Positions 10,689 through 21,019 of a stretch of DNA of 64,000 bases are shown here, piece after piece. Below the pieces are notes generated by a model. It was not told where the DNA came from. It worked only from the letters and a program-made list of their open reading frames with translations, and did not search any database. Every line of letters starts with the position of its first letter. The stretch's first letter is position 1. The translations under genes were made by a program, and so were the position numbers. Source of the stretch: an uncultured delta proteobacterium (GTDB taxonomy: Bacteria; Myxococcota_A; UBA9160; UBA4427); assembly GCA_963822965.1 (NCBI GenBank), contig CAWGJT010000005.1, forward strand, positions 1,728,001-1,792,000, given 5' to 3'.

Positions 10689-11458
10689 ATGGCGGCGCGC
10701 AGACCGCGACGCGAAGGCGACTCTTCGCTCTTTCCGTTCCTGAGCGTCCTCGCCTGCCTGATCGGCACGCTCACCCTGATGATCGCGGCGCTGGCCATCG
10801 GCCAGGTGGCCGAGAGCCTGCAGGACCGCGACCTGGACGCCGACCAGGCGCAGCAGCTCGAGGCCCAGCGCGCGGAGCTGCGCGCCCTGCGAGGCGCAGG
10901 TCGAGTCGGCGGACCAGCGTGGAAGAGGAGCTGGCCGCGGCCGCCGCCGAGCTGCGGGCCCTGGGCGTGCGACCCGACCAGCCCGACGCCGAGCGTCGCC
11001 ATGCCGTGGCCGTGCGACAGAGCGCCGCCCGCCTGGCCGCGCGGCTGCGCGACCTGGAGAAGCAGAGCCAGAGCCTCGACGGCTCGATCCTCGGCGTGCA
11101 GGCCGACCTGGTCCGCGAGCGGCCGAGCGACGACAAGCGCCCCATCCGCATCCTGCCCCAGGGCACCGCCCAGCCCCTGCGCCCCTTCTTCGTCGAGTGC
11201 CGCGCCGAGGGCGTGCGCGTCTACAAGGAAGACCTGACCGACAGCTTCTATCTTTCGCGCGAGAGCATCGACGACGTGGCGCGCTTCCGCGCCTTCCTGC
11301 AGCGGATCCGCAGCGCGCGGGACGGCACCGTCATCTTCCTCATCCGACCCGACGGGGCCGAGACCTACGCGTGGGCGGCGGGCCAGGCCGGCCGGCTCTA
11401 CGTGCGCAACGCCAAGCTGCCGCTGCCCACCCAGGGCGAGCTCGAGTTCGCGCTGTGA
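10689..11458 (+). CDS. ExbD/TolR-like single-pass coiled-coil protein (frameshifted)
   Basis: SLFPFLSVLACLIGTLTLMI TM, coiled coil, IFLIRPDG C-terminal domain. Confidence 0.7.
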
Positions 11459-12416
11459 GCGCCCGCAGCCTGCGAAGGCGGCCGCGCGCGGGCGGCGGCG
11501 GACAGAACGTGGACTCGCTGCTCGACACCATGGCGAACGTCGTCGGCATCATGGTGGTGCTGATGGCCGTCACCCAGCTCACCGTGGGCGACGCCATGAA
11601 GCGCATCCAGGCCTGGGAGAGCGAAGAGGCGTCGCGAGCTCCGCGACGCGCGCCAGCAGGCCGAGGCGCAGCTCGCTGTCGCTGGGCAGCGAAGACCTCA
11701 CCCGCAGCCTCGATCTGGCGCGCATGCGCGAGCAGATCCGCGACCTGCGGACCGTCGCCGACCCGTCCACCGCCGCGGACACGGCCACGGTGACCGCGAC
11801 GGTGGCGAGCCAGCGCCTGCAGGTGCGACGCCTCGAGGCGAAGCTCGCCGACAAGCAGAAGCAGCTCGCCAACCTGAAGATCCTGCTGGCCGAAGGCACG
11901 GCCCGCGCCGAGCAGGAAGGCATCGCCCTGCGCCTGCCCGACCCGCGCCCCGCCCCCCTGGCCGCAAAGCAGCTCCTCATCTTCTGCCGCTACGGCCGCG
12001 TCTTCGACCCGCGCTTCGACCAGCTCGAGCGCGATCTCCAGGAGGTGCTCCGCACCGCGCCGCCCCCGGTCCCGCGCTACTTCGAGGCCTACGACGTGGG
12101 CAACGAGCTGCTTCGCTGGCGCGTGGTGGACGGGCTGCGCGGCCGGTCCGCGCGTCTCGACTGGCGCCGGAAGGACATCGGCGAGACCGCCGCCGAGCTG
12201 CGCTCGCCCGACGCGAAGCTGCGCCAGGTGTTCGCCGAGAACGACCCGCAGCAGAGCTTCCTGCGCTTCTATGTGTGGGAGGACAGCTTCGAGGCCTACC
12301 TCGAGGCCCGGCGCATCGCCGAGGAAGCCGGCTACGCGGCGGGCTGGGTGCCCATCCCGGACGGCCAGCCCCTGGACTTCGTGAAGGGCCGCACCCCGCC
12401 CACCCCGGTGGACTGA
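11455..12416 (+). CDS. Second ExbD/TolR-like single-pass coiled-coil protein (frameshifted)
   Basis: NVDSLLDTMANVVGIMVVL TM; FYVWEDSFEAYLEARRIA..GYAAGWVP. Confidence 0.7.
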
Positions 12417-12469
12417 GCCGACCGTCGCACAGCAGCCGGACCGGGCTGCCGGACGCTACCCTGCGCGCC

Positions 12470-12991
12470 ATGGCGACCCGCATCCGGCCGGTGGAAGAAG
12501 AAGACCTCCCCGAGCTGACGCGCATCTACAACCACTACATCGTCGAGACGCCCATCACGTTCGACGTCGAGCCCTACACGGTGGAGAAGCGGCGCGCCTG
12601 GCTGGAAGGCTTCGACCGCGAGGGCCCGTACCGCTGCTTCGTCGCCGAGGTGGACGGGCGCGCGGCCGGCTGGGCGTGCACCCTGCGCTTCCGTCCCAAG
12701 GCCGCCTACGACCTGTCGGTGGAGACGAGCATCTATCTCGATCCCGCCGTCACCGGGCAGGGCCTGGGAACGCAGCTCTACGAGACCCTCTTCGCGAGCC
12801 TGGCGGGCGCGGGGCTCCACCGGGCGCTGGGCGGCATCACCCTGCCCAACCCGGCCAGCGTGGCGCTCCACGAGCGCTTCGGCTTCGAGCGCGTGGGCGT
12901 CTTTCCCGAGGTGGGCTTCAAGCTCGGCCGCTACTGGGACGTCATCTGGCTCAGCAAGGATCTGTCGCACCAGGGCACGATCGCCCCCTGA
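12470..12991 (+). CDS. GNAT N-acetyltransferase (Pat/YncA family)
   Basis: IYNHYIVETPITFD, AYDLSVETSIY, GQGLG, NPASVALHERFGF, VGFKLGRYWDV. Confidence 0.92.
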   Translation: MATRIRPVEEEDLPELTRIYNHYIVETPITFDVEPYTVEKRRAWLEGFDREGPYRCFVAEVDGRAAGWACTLRFRPKAAYDLSVETSIYLDPAVTGQGLGTQLYETLFASLAGAGLHRALGGITLPNPASVALHERFGFERVGVFPEVGFKLGRYWDVIWLSKDLSHQGTIAP

Positions 12992-13032
12992 CTCCTGGAG
13001 ATCGACCGCGACCATCGGGCGAACAGGTCACG

Positions 13033-13653
13033 CTACTTCCCCGACGGCATCGAGGGAGGTCGTTCGACCTCGGGAAATTCTTCCTCCAGCTCCCCGAGCA
13101 GTTGCTGCGCCTCCCGCTGAGCCGCGCTCTGCGGAGCCTGATCGGGCAACGTCCGCTGGGCGCTCCGAACGACGGCATCCTTCTCGGGCCGGAGATCCCC
13201 GACGAATCGATCGATCTCTCCCGGGCTCCCGAAGTCGAAGAAGGTCAGAACTCGATGAAGGCCCTGGGCGGGAAGCACGGCCACTGGTGCATCTGCACCC
13301 GCGAGTCGAACCACCACCAACTGGCGTCCACCCTTCGCCATCAGCTCGTCCCGAAGCGCAGCCAGCGGCGCGTAGGCGTCGGATGACAGGACTAACGTCA
13401 CGGCGTCGGGATTCACGAGGATTCGGGAGATCCCGCAGCTCTCCAGCACATAGTCCGGGTCGGACCCGACCCAGAACGTGTCCTGCGCCAGGACGGGCGT
13501 CGAGAAGCGAAGCTCCACACAGCCCTCGCACTCGGACACGTCGAGCACTCTCTGGAACCATACCTCGGTGCCATCCGCGCATCCGGGCGACGCGCCCGAG
13601 CAGCCGACCAACCAGACGATCGACGCACATGCCAGAAGGCACGCGGACCGCAT
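13033..13653 (-). CDS. Lipoprotein, putative periplasmic immunity protein
   Basis: Signal peptide with LVGC lipobox; adjacent to the stop of the upstream toxin-like fragment. Confidence 0.6.
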   Translation of the reverse strand: MRSACLLACASIVWLVGCSGASPGCADGTEVWFQRVLDVSECEGCVELRFSTPVLAQDTFWVGSDPDYVLESCGISRILVNPDAVTLVLSSDAYAPLAALRDELMAKGGRQLVVVRLAGADAPVAVLPAQGLHRVLTFFDFGSPGEIDRFVGDLRPEKDAVVRSAQRTLPDQAPQSAAQREAQQLLGELEEEFPEVERPPSMPSGK

Positions 13654-13670
13654 GATCTCGCTTGCGCACG

Positions 13671-14100
13671 TCACCACGAGCTCTCCTTCAGCACCACGAG
13701 CCTGGCACGGTAGATCTGAAGCCGAGCGATCGTCGCCTCGTTGGCCGCTATACGATGCTCGGACCGACGAACTTCGATCTCCATTCCCTGAATTCTCCCG
13801 ACTCTAGCCATCATGTCGGCGAAGCCACCGTCGCTCGGCTTTCCTTCAAACGCATTCGTGATGCTTTTCACGAGTGGGCTATCAAACACCCGCATCAACG
13901 GTGACTCTGGGGCACTTCGCGGATCCAATGTCTTCTCGATGTCCTCGTGCAACTTGTCCACGTAACTCTTGAGCTGCTTGTTCTCCTGGGCAAGCTTCTG
14001 GGTCGTATCGTCGATCTCAGCGATGCGTTCAGCGATCCGATCGCTCATGTACTGAGCGGCGTTACCACCCTGGGACGAGGGTCGACCGACAACTCCCCGA
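13671..14100 (-). pseudogene. Putative toxin tip fragment (coiled-coil)
   Basis: Begins with the shared leader NRGVVGRPSSQG, then a unique helical sequence. Confidence 0.45.
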
Positions 14101-14420
14101 TTCCCCTATCGGTTTTCTGATGCCTCCCGGTATTGCTTCGGCGATCATCGTACCGTCAGCGGACGGATCGTACCTCGCTGGTTGCGGGCGGGGCCGGAGC
14201 CAGCGCGGGGCCGGTGCTCCGATCAGCCTGCCGACACCGACCGGACACGCGCTGCCAGGTCGCTCAGGTCTGTCGCAACCCGCTGATTCCAGTCGAGGCG
14301 ACTCAGGCCGAGCAGCTCGGTGGCGAGCGCCTCGGTGTCGTTCTTGACCATGCGCCCGGTCAACATCGGAACCACGGCGTTCAGCTCCGTTACAAGGTCC
14401 GCTCTTGCCTCGGGGCTCAT
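14071..14420 (+). repeat. 350-bp direct repeat, copy 1
   Basis: Near-identical to 15546-15895 (one mismatch noticed). Confidence 0.95.
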
Positions 14421-15080
14421 TTCCTTCAGCGAGGCAAGGTACAAGAGCCCCTGCACTTGTTCTCGAAGCACCTGCGAAGACTGCCCGAGAAGCTCGCTGT
14501 AGATCTGTAGCATCTCCGCCTTCTGGGCTCGCTCGCTCGCCGAACTGGCTCTTTGGTATTGCGCGGAAACGTCTCCCTCGACAGCGCGGATTTCATCGAC
14601 TGAGGGAGCTTCCGTAACAATTGCTCTTAGGCGAGCAGCCCTGATGGCAACCAGTTCCCGGTCAAAGAAGGAACGGTCTTCTCGGTGCAAGCCGTACAGA
14701 GCCGCAAGGGTTGAGGACCCCGTTGGCAGAGCTGAATCGGGAACGCCGAGTTGAGTGATAAGCAATCGCTGGAAGACCAAGCCCGATCTCTTGCTATCCA
14801 GTCGAGGCAGCTCGGTGCCCCCCAACTCGGCGAGCTTGCCCAGGGCGGTCCGGTACTCCTCGATCGACCAAGAGGCGCCAGGGTCTGGTACCCCAAGGTC
14901 CTTGTAGCTCTTGACATCCCACGACTTGTCCTCGGGGACGTGGAGCGGCCGTTCTTGCTCGGATGCTCCGACGTTGGCGGCGATCGCCAAACCTAGTGTT
15001 ACCGCCAACACGCGAAGTGTTCGTCCAATAGCTGATAGCCGGATCACATCGGTACCCCCAACTGCGTCGGCCCGAGTCAT
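14223..15080 (-). CDS. Secreted hypothetical protein, putative immunity protein
   Basis: Hydrophobic signal-like segment VLAVTLGLAIAA; ATGA coupling with the upstream ORF. Confidence 0.6.
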   Translation of the reverse strand: MTRADAVGGTDVIRLSAIGRTLRVLAVTLGLAIAANVGASEQERPLHVPEDKSWDVKSYKDLGVPDPGASWSIEEYRTALGKLAELGGTELPRLDSKRSGLVFQRLLITQLGVPDSALPTGSSTLAALYGLHREDRSFFDRELVAIRAARLRAIVTEAPSVDEIRAVEGDVSAQYQRASSASERAQKAEMLQIYSELLGQSSQVLREQVQGLLYLASLKEMSPEARADLVTELNAVVPMLTGRMVKNDTEALATELLGLSRLDWNQRVATDLSDLAARVRSVSAG

Positions 15081-15575
15081 GGAAGCCCGGGCTGGGCAAC
15101 GCCACGGACAAGTGACAAGCCGTTTCTCAAGAGGCCCGGAGAGAAGCCGGAGGCACTTGGTGTCGTTGCATACACCCCGGCCTCCAGCGCCTTGGCAGAA
15201 AGTTCGCCAAAGTTCCTTCCTACTCGTCCCGCTGCCAGCATTCCGCCCTCGAATGCTGGTGCGCCGAACGCCAAGAGGATCGAGCCTCGCGCCAGCTTCA
15301 AGTTCCTTCCGAGAACCCGGGCGTTCTCCTGCCTTAGGATGTCGCCACCGGCCTGCTCGGTCGCACGCCGCACGCGAACGTCTGCAATCCCGAACACGTC
15401 ACGCAGCGAAAGCTGATCGAACACTTCGTCAGGTATCGCTGCGTCCTGTAAGACAGCATCAACGGCCTGCGAGAGAGGTGAGCCATCTGGCCCTACGATC
15501 TGAGCGTGAGTTGCAACGTTTCCGGCATCGGCGTACTGCGTCCCTTGGGACGAGGGTCGACCGACAACTCCCCGA
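15077..15575 (-). pseudogene. Putative toxin tip fragment (Gly-rich hydrophobic)
   Basis: Same leader as the 13671 fragment, different tip (GSILLAFGAPAFEGGMLAAG). Confidence 0.45.
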
Positions 15576-15895
15576 TTCCCCTATCGGTTTTCTGATGCCT
15601 CCCGGTATTGCTTCGGCGATCATCGTACCGTCAGCGGACGGATCGTACCTCGCTGGTTGCGGGCGGGGCCGGAGCCAGCGCGGGGCCGGTGCTCCGATCA
15701 GCCTGCCGACACCGACCGGACACGCGCTGCCAGGTCGCTCAGGTCTGTCGCAACCCGCTGATTCCGGTCGAGGCGACTCAGGCCGAGCAGCTCGGTGGCG
15801 AGCGCCTCGGTGTCGTTCTTGACCATGCGCCCGGTCAACATCGGAACCACGGCGTTCAGCTCCGTTACAAGGTCCGCTCTTGCCTCGGGGCTCAT
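15546..15895 (+). repeat. 350-bp direct repeat, copy 2
   Basis: Copy of 14071-14420. Confidence 0.95.
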
Positions 15896-16190
15896 GCGCG
15901 CACGCGACGATCGCCCGCCAGCCGACCGGCCTGAGCGCACCCGCTCCGATCGCGTGCCGGCGCGCGCACGGAGCGAGCCCAGCGCGTGCGTGTCACGCGG
16001 ACAGCGAGGCCAGCACCTCCGGGTAGAAGCGCCAGCGGCCGCGGCGGGTGGGCCGCTCGAGAGCGCGGGCCAGCGCGCGGAGGAACACGTCCCGCGGCCA
16101 CTCCCGGGCGCCGAGCGCGGCGGTGTGCTCGGTGTGCACCTGGCAGTCGAGGAAGTCGAAGCCCCACGCGTCGATCTGTCGCACCAGGGC
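15893..16190 (-). pseudogene. Duplicated 3' end of aat plus downstream DNA
   Basis: Diverged copy of 25122-25415 (WGFDFLDCQVHTEHTAALGAREW...). Confidence 0.9.
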
Positions 16191-16221
16191 CCGATCGTCC
16201 CGTGACTCCTCGAGATCGGCT

Positions 16222-16961
16222 TCACTCAGCTCTCTCCCAGCGATTCCAATCCCCGCCTTCCGGATCTCGCCAGATCGACTCACCGACCTCGAGGTCCAAG
16301 ATCCGTCGCGTGGAATCGTCCGCACCCAGAAGAGTTCCGAGCGGAACCACGCGCGCCTCCGCCTCGGACAGCCCTGAACCAGAGCCTGCAAAGGCCTCCC
16401 AATAGTCGTCCTCCATCGGGAAACCTCAGTCACCCGGGCACCGCGCAGCGCGTCGAGGTTTGTGACCGCATGTGATGTCGACGGAACCGGAAGCGACCAC
16501 TCGTCGGCAAGCCACCTCCAGGCCGGCTCAGTGGACGCGCTCCAAGTCCTGGACAGGTCGGGTGTGTCGATTGTCCGGTGCGCCTCGTCCGGGACGACCT
16601 GATAGGCGGACACCTCCTCGCGGTCGTAGTAGTCAAGAGCGCCCAATAGCAGCAACTTGACCCAGGATGCATGCACTGGTCGGAAGGTGAACGTTCCGAA
16701 GGGCTCCACCTGCACGCTCGCATCGAACGATTCACCCTCCCGCAGGATTCTACTCAGCTCCTGGAGAATCCTCAGGACCTCGTCGCCTTGAAACAGGACC
16801 GCGCCAGCCAGAACCACTTCGGCTCCGATCGCTTCAACTAGTCCGATCGTATAGGCGAACAGGGGCACCTTGCCCTGCGCGACCACGTAGATGTGGAGTC
16901 CATGCTGCGCGATGTTCTGACGGATCTGCCTCAATGCTGCATCGCGGTCTCCACCGGACAT
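16222..16961 (-). CDS. DUF4262-like protein, putative immunity protein (frameshift near 16415)
   Basis: IAQHGLHIYVV...FAYTIGL...EVVLAG; C-terminal WEAFAG..ARVVPLGTLL...LEVGE. Confidence 0.65.
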
Positions 16962-17245
16962 CTAGAGTTTCCCCCTCACTTCGTATCCGTGCCATGCGGC
17001 CGAGTGCAAGGGCTGGACCAAGGTTCGAGGCCAACCGGAGATCGGACCGCGAACCCCGGTACACAAGCTATTGGGACCGGTCTTGTTCGCCCGCCTTCGG
17101 CGCTATGTAGCTTGTTGTGGCAGTCTTCGCAGGTGAGTGCACCATTCCCGACCTCTGTACCACCGCCATCGGCATGGCGCTGTTGCTTCACGCCTTCGCC
17201 CTCGCCGAGGCTCCTCCGCAATCTCCCGCGCATTCCCCGCCCTGG
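16958..17245 (-). pseudogene. HNH-nuclease toxin tip fragment
   Basis: RHADGGGTEVGNGALTCEDCHNKLH. Confidence 0.65.
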
Positions 17246-17489
17246 CGCGGGCGTTGCGGGCGGGGCTGGGCCGAGGAGCGCCGGAGCTTGATCAGCGGCA
17301 AGACAGCAGCAGCGCAGGCACGGGAGCGCAGGCGTTGCGGGTGGCGGCCGGAGGCAGGGCGGGATGGTGGGAGCTGGGCAGAGGCGGAGTGGCAGATGGA
17401 GCAAGCGACGCCTGGCGGCCTGATGCCGAGAGTCTTCCGCCATCACTACGAGGCTGAGATAAGATACGGGGGCACGGGCGGCAGAACTT

Positions 17490-17940
17490 CACAAGCACAA
17501 TTCGGCGTAGCTGACGCTATTGCTGCCTTCTTTCTCGTCAGGTAGGCTTTTACTGCTGAGTATGAGCATCTTTCTCTATCGACACTGCTAGCATATTGAA
17601 GTGAGCAAACTCGCTGTACTCGCAGTAGTGCTCGCAGCTCCTCAGGTGCTGATACAGATTTTTTGCAATGTTATCAAGAAAGATGATCGAGATGGATCTG
17701 TTTACTTTCGGCGATCACGCGTTCGAACTGAAGTACTGATCGTTTTTTGTTCTAGAACACTCGACGACATCTTCAGCGGCACGCTCTTGGCAAAAAACGG
17801 AGTGTTGTTTATTTCGACGGTTTTTCATCAACTATCGAGCATTCAGCGTTTCGACAGCGATCAGAAGATTCCATTTTTTTGAATTTCAGGTCGAACTAAC
17901 TCGAATGTTGCCATATCGTTTATTCAACGCAGTGAATCAC
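17490..17940 (-). pseudogene. DUF4265-like immunity gene, degraded
   Basis: Fragments across frames: ETLNAR, VEINNTPFFAK, EDVVE, LQFERVIAES, RSISIIF, YCEY.EF..FNMLAVS, VSYAELCL. Confidence 0.6.
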
Positions 17941-18160
17941 TCTATTGTTGTTGCACTCAGCACATTTGATATCGACGTTCCTTTGATCCTTGACGGTCGC
18001 TCCATTTCCGCTTTTCGACCTAGAGGCCGGCGAAAAGTGCGACTGCATTCGAGCGCCCCACGACGCCTGGCTGCGTTGCGCTCCCATCACCGTAGCTCGG
18101 CTACGCTCGGTCGCGCGCTTGCAGGACGCGCGGATGACGCTCTCGGTGCTGCGGTACACT
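17940..18160 (-). pseudogene. HNH-like toxin tip fragment
   Basis: HFSPASRSKSGNGATVKDQRNVDIKCAECNNN. Confidence 0.5.
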
Positions 18161-18739
18161 TTCGGCGGGCTCTAGGATGGGTATGGTCACCTTGCCCTCG
18201 CGCGGATTCACCGTACTACCCTAGTCGCGATCATTGGAGCAGTTGGCTGGCGCACCTCGTACACGTTTTGGCCCACCGTTCTCTGCTCATTGGTTTCTTT
18301 GGCCTTCTTAGTGCTGACGTGCGCTTCTACGAGACCACGGAACTGCAAGTTCTGATGCGAACTCCGCGGGTGTGAGACCACCAGGGAGCTGTGAGGTTTC
18401 TCTTCGTTGTAGCGCTGCTCAGGCTTCGATCTTCTCCACTGCGTTTCAGGTCGTGAATAGTTTTAAGATTTAATTTGAATTGAATTTGTGTTGGTGATGA
18501 ATGATTGATCGATTGGAGTAGAGGATTCAGGAATGGGTTTGCAGAGATGTGCGAAGATGGGTTGCAAGGAGAGGAGGAACGGATTTGGGTAACATCGACT
18601 GATGGGGAGTCGGGTGCAGTGATCAACGATGTGAGCGCACGGATGCGCCGTACCAGGTATGAACGAAGCATGCACGTCGTTCGCTCGTCGGCAGCGGCGT
18701 CGGAAGGGCGGTGACGCGCGGGAGCGCTTTCTGAGTTCC

Positions 18740-19144
18740 GAAGAATAGATAGATTTTTATATGGAGAGAATCAGGTAGGAAGGAATTGTGGAGTACAGTT
18801 TGATTTTGGGCATATAGGTGATGAAGGATGATAGGAAGGGATTGTAGTGTTGATGAGAAGTTTAGGTTATTTGTAATTTTAGTGTTTGAGTAGTGAACTT
18901 TAGTTTTGTGAGTAGAAGGTGTGTATAGGGGATTGGAGGTAGAGTTTGATTGTGATATTTAGAGAGTGTTAAGATGATTTTTTTGATGTTTTTTTATATT
19001 GAGAGTGTAGATGATTTGGGTATTAGGAGGTTGGTAGTGATTTGAGTGGTAATGGTGAGATGTAAGTATGAAGATAGAGTGTTTTTTGATGAGTGAGAGT
19101 TATATGGTAGGTGTGTATTAGGTGGTGATTTAGAATAAGAGTTT
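18740..19144. other. C-depleted (+ strand) tract; probably a hypermutated minus-strand membrane-protein gene
   Basis: Only 4 C in about 405 nt (18772, 18796, 18811, 18898); none in 18899-19144; G stays near one third. Confidence 0.85.
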
Positions 19145-19340
19145 CGAGACGAGCTGCTTACTTGGATGTTTTTGCGTGCAATCCGGTTGATGTCGTCGTA
19201 CTCGGAGGTTCGGAGATAGTTGGTTTTTTCGACGGAGAGGCGCTGCTGGTGGTTTTCTAGTCGATCGTTACGTCGCTTTCGGTGCGGGGCGATCGATGTT
19301 GGTGACGCGATCGAGCTCGTCGTACGCGAGGTTCGTTTGC
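19145..19340 (-). pseudogene. YD-repeat (Rhs) fragment with G->A-type changes
   Basis: NLAYDELDRVTNIDRP, TESDVTID* (TAG where TGG fits), RTSEYDDINRIARKNIQV. Confidence 0.65.
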
Positions 19341-19406
19341 GTTCCGGGCGCTGGTTGGTGCTAGGGCGGTTTGGTGGTGCTGGGGGGATCTGCTGTAACG
19401 CGGCTC

Positions 19407-20000
19407 TCAGTGTGTTGTTACAAGCGAGTTTAGGTGATCTGCGAGATTTTTCACGGGTTTTGCTTTCTCTCGATCGGTATCGTTGAGCGCTGCTACCGCT
19501 TCGATTTCGCTGATGAGTTCGATACGCCTTGCTTCTCCGATCTGACCGTTGAGAAGGACCGTAGCCGCTCGATACCGTTTATCTTCATCAACGGCGTCGA
19601 GATTGCTTTGTTCGACGACGATATCGAAAGTTCCATCCGCGAACTTGTACAAGACGTAGTACCACTCACGCGCATCGACGGCGATCGTTTCGCTCGACGA
19701 GCTTTCGATGGAGAAGCGCAGATCCCAATCCCGTCGTGGCTTGGAGGAATGCAACTCCCAGCTAGGAATTTCTGGAGCTACATCAACGATTCTCCTCGTT
19801 GTTTCCAGCAGCTCCTTCTTGCCGTTAGGGCTTATGACAAGTGCATTGCTTCCATTGCTCCCCGGCTCGATTTCCCAGGTGACATCCGAGGCGAGACACG
19901 CGCATCGAGTTGAGCAAGCAGTTCTTCATTGTTAAAATTGTTACTCAGATTTGACGCGACCCCTGCGAACCAAGCCCAGAAGGACTGGACATCGATTGGT
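19407..20000 (-). pseudogene. Immunity-like protein (frameshifted)
   Basis: DVQSFWAWF...LDARVS...WEIEPG..ALVISPNG..ELL...APEIPSWELHSSKPRR...AATVLLNGQIGE. Confidence 0.6.
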
Positions 20001-20345
20001 GGCTTGACATCGTTCTCTTCCCATTTTTCCTGACGGATCTCGTTGCGTTTGTTGTTGAGATTATCGACACCACCCTCGCGATTCATGGCATTTTGCTCAG
20101 CACTCCTACCTGCCGCTGTGTCGTTGCCGTCGTACCGGTCCACCACTTCGGCATTCGAGCGGTCCCTACCGTCCCAGACTCCGCGAGAGGCCGGACTGTT
20201 TTGCTTCGTGCGTCCGACATAGGCCTTACCACTCGGGGTATCTTGACCATCGACCTTGTAGACCTTCCCGTCCGCTCCCCTTGTGGCGCTGTCCGCGCCT
20301 TCGCTTGTCGGGGTCGTGCTCCCCGTCGTTGCAGCTTGCCTATCG
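19995..20345 (-). pseudogene. GIY-YIG/URI-fold nuclease toxin tip
   Basis: GKVYKVDGQDTPSGKAYVGRT...DGRDRSNAEVVDRY...GRSAEQNAMNREGGVDNLNNKRNEI. Confidence 0.65.
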
Positions 20346-20379
20346 CCCCCCTCGACCTCTCAGCCGGATGACGTCCCAC

Positions 20380-20755
20380 CTTCAATCGTCACAATGTTCG
20401 GAGGACGGTCTATATCCAGCATTTTCTCCATCTCTGGGAGCTGAAAAGGGGAAGAGCATCCACGGATACATTCCCTTCACCTTGGGATCAATTCCGCGAT
20501 GGTATTCCACACCTTTCTTCAGCTTGTCGATCGTGCGCTGAGGTGCTTGATCAGTGACCGTTGGGCACGCTTTTCTGCGCGGGAACCCTCTCGGTCGATC
20601 TTCTTCAGCCGATTCTTCTCGTCGGCAAGCTCGTCGCGCGGGTTCTTGAGGGCTTTTTCGGGTTTCCCATGCCTAGCGTTCTCTCCAGTTGCTTCCGACG
20701 CCGCTAGTGGCTCCGGGACATGGCTCAACCGGGATCGAACCCGTTCGCATTCGCA
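20380..20755 (-). pseudogene. Helical toxin tip fragment (Ntox34-like, tentative)
   Basis: HGKPEKAL...IKHL...IDKLKKGVEYH; resemblance judged by eye only. Confidence 0.35.
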
Positions 20756-20759
20756 AAGC

Positions 20760-21018
20760 GACCTTCCGAAGCTGACGCGCATCTACAACTACTACGTCGT
20801 TGAGACGCCCATCACGTTCGACGTCGAGCTCTAGACGGTGGAGAAGCGGCGTGCTGGCTGGAAGGCTTCGATCGCAAGGGTTCGTACCGCTGCTTCGTCG
20901 CCGAGGTGGACCGGCGCCCGGCCGGCTGGGCGTGCACCCTGCGCTTCCGCCCCAAGGCCGCCTACGACCTATCGGTGGAGACGAGCATCTATCTCAATCC
21001 CGCGGTCACCGGGCAGGG
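20760..21018 (+). pseudogene. Degraded copy of the GNAT 5' region
   Basis: Homologous to 12503-12762, with TAG at 20832 and a 1-nt deletion. Confidence 0.9.
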
Positions 21019-21019
21019 G

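Noticed and set aside
14071..15895. DGR template/variable repeat pair
   Set aside because: Copies are near-identical, there is no pattern of adenine-specific variation, and no reverse transcriptase is present in the window.
18740..19144. AT-rich replication origin, promoter island or simple low-complexity repeat
   Set aside because: Only C is missing while G is retained, there is no periodicity or DnaA-box array, and a residual reading frame is visible.
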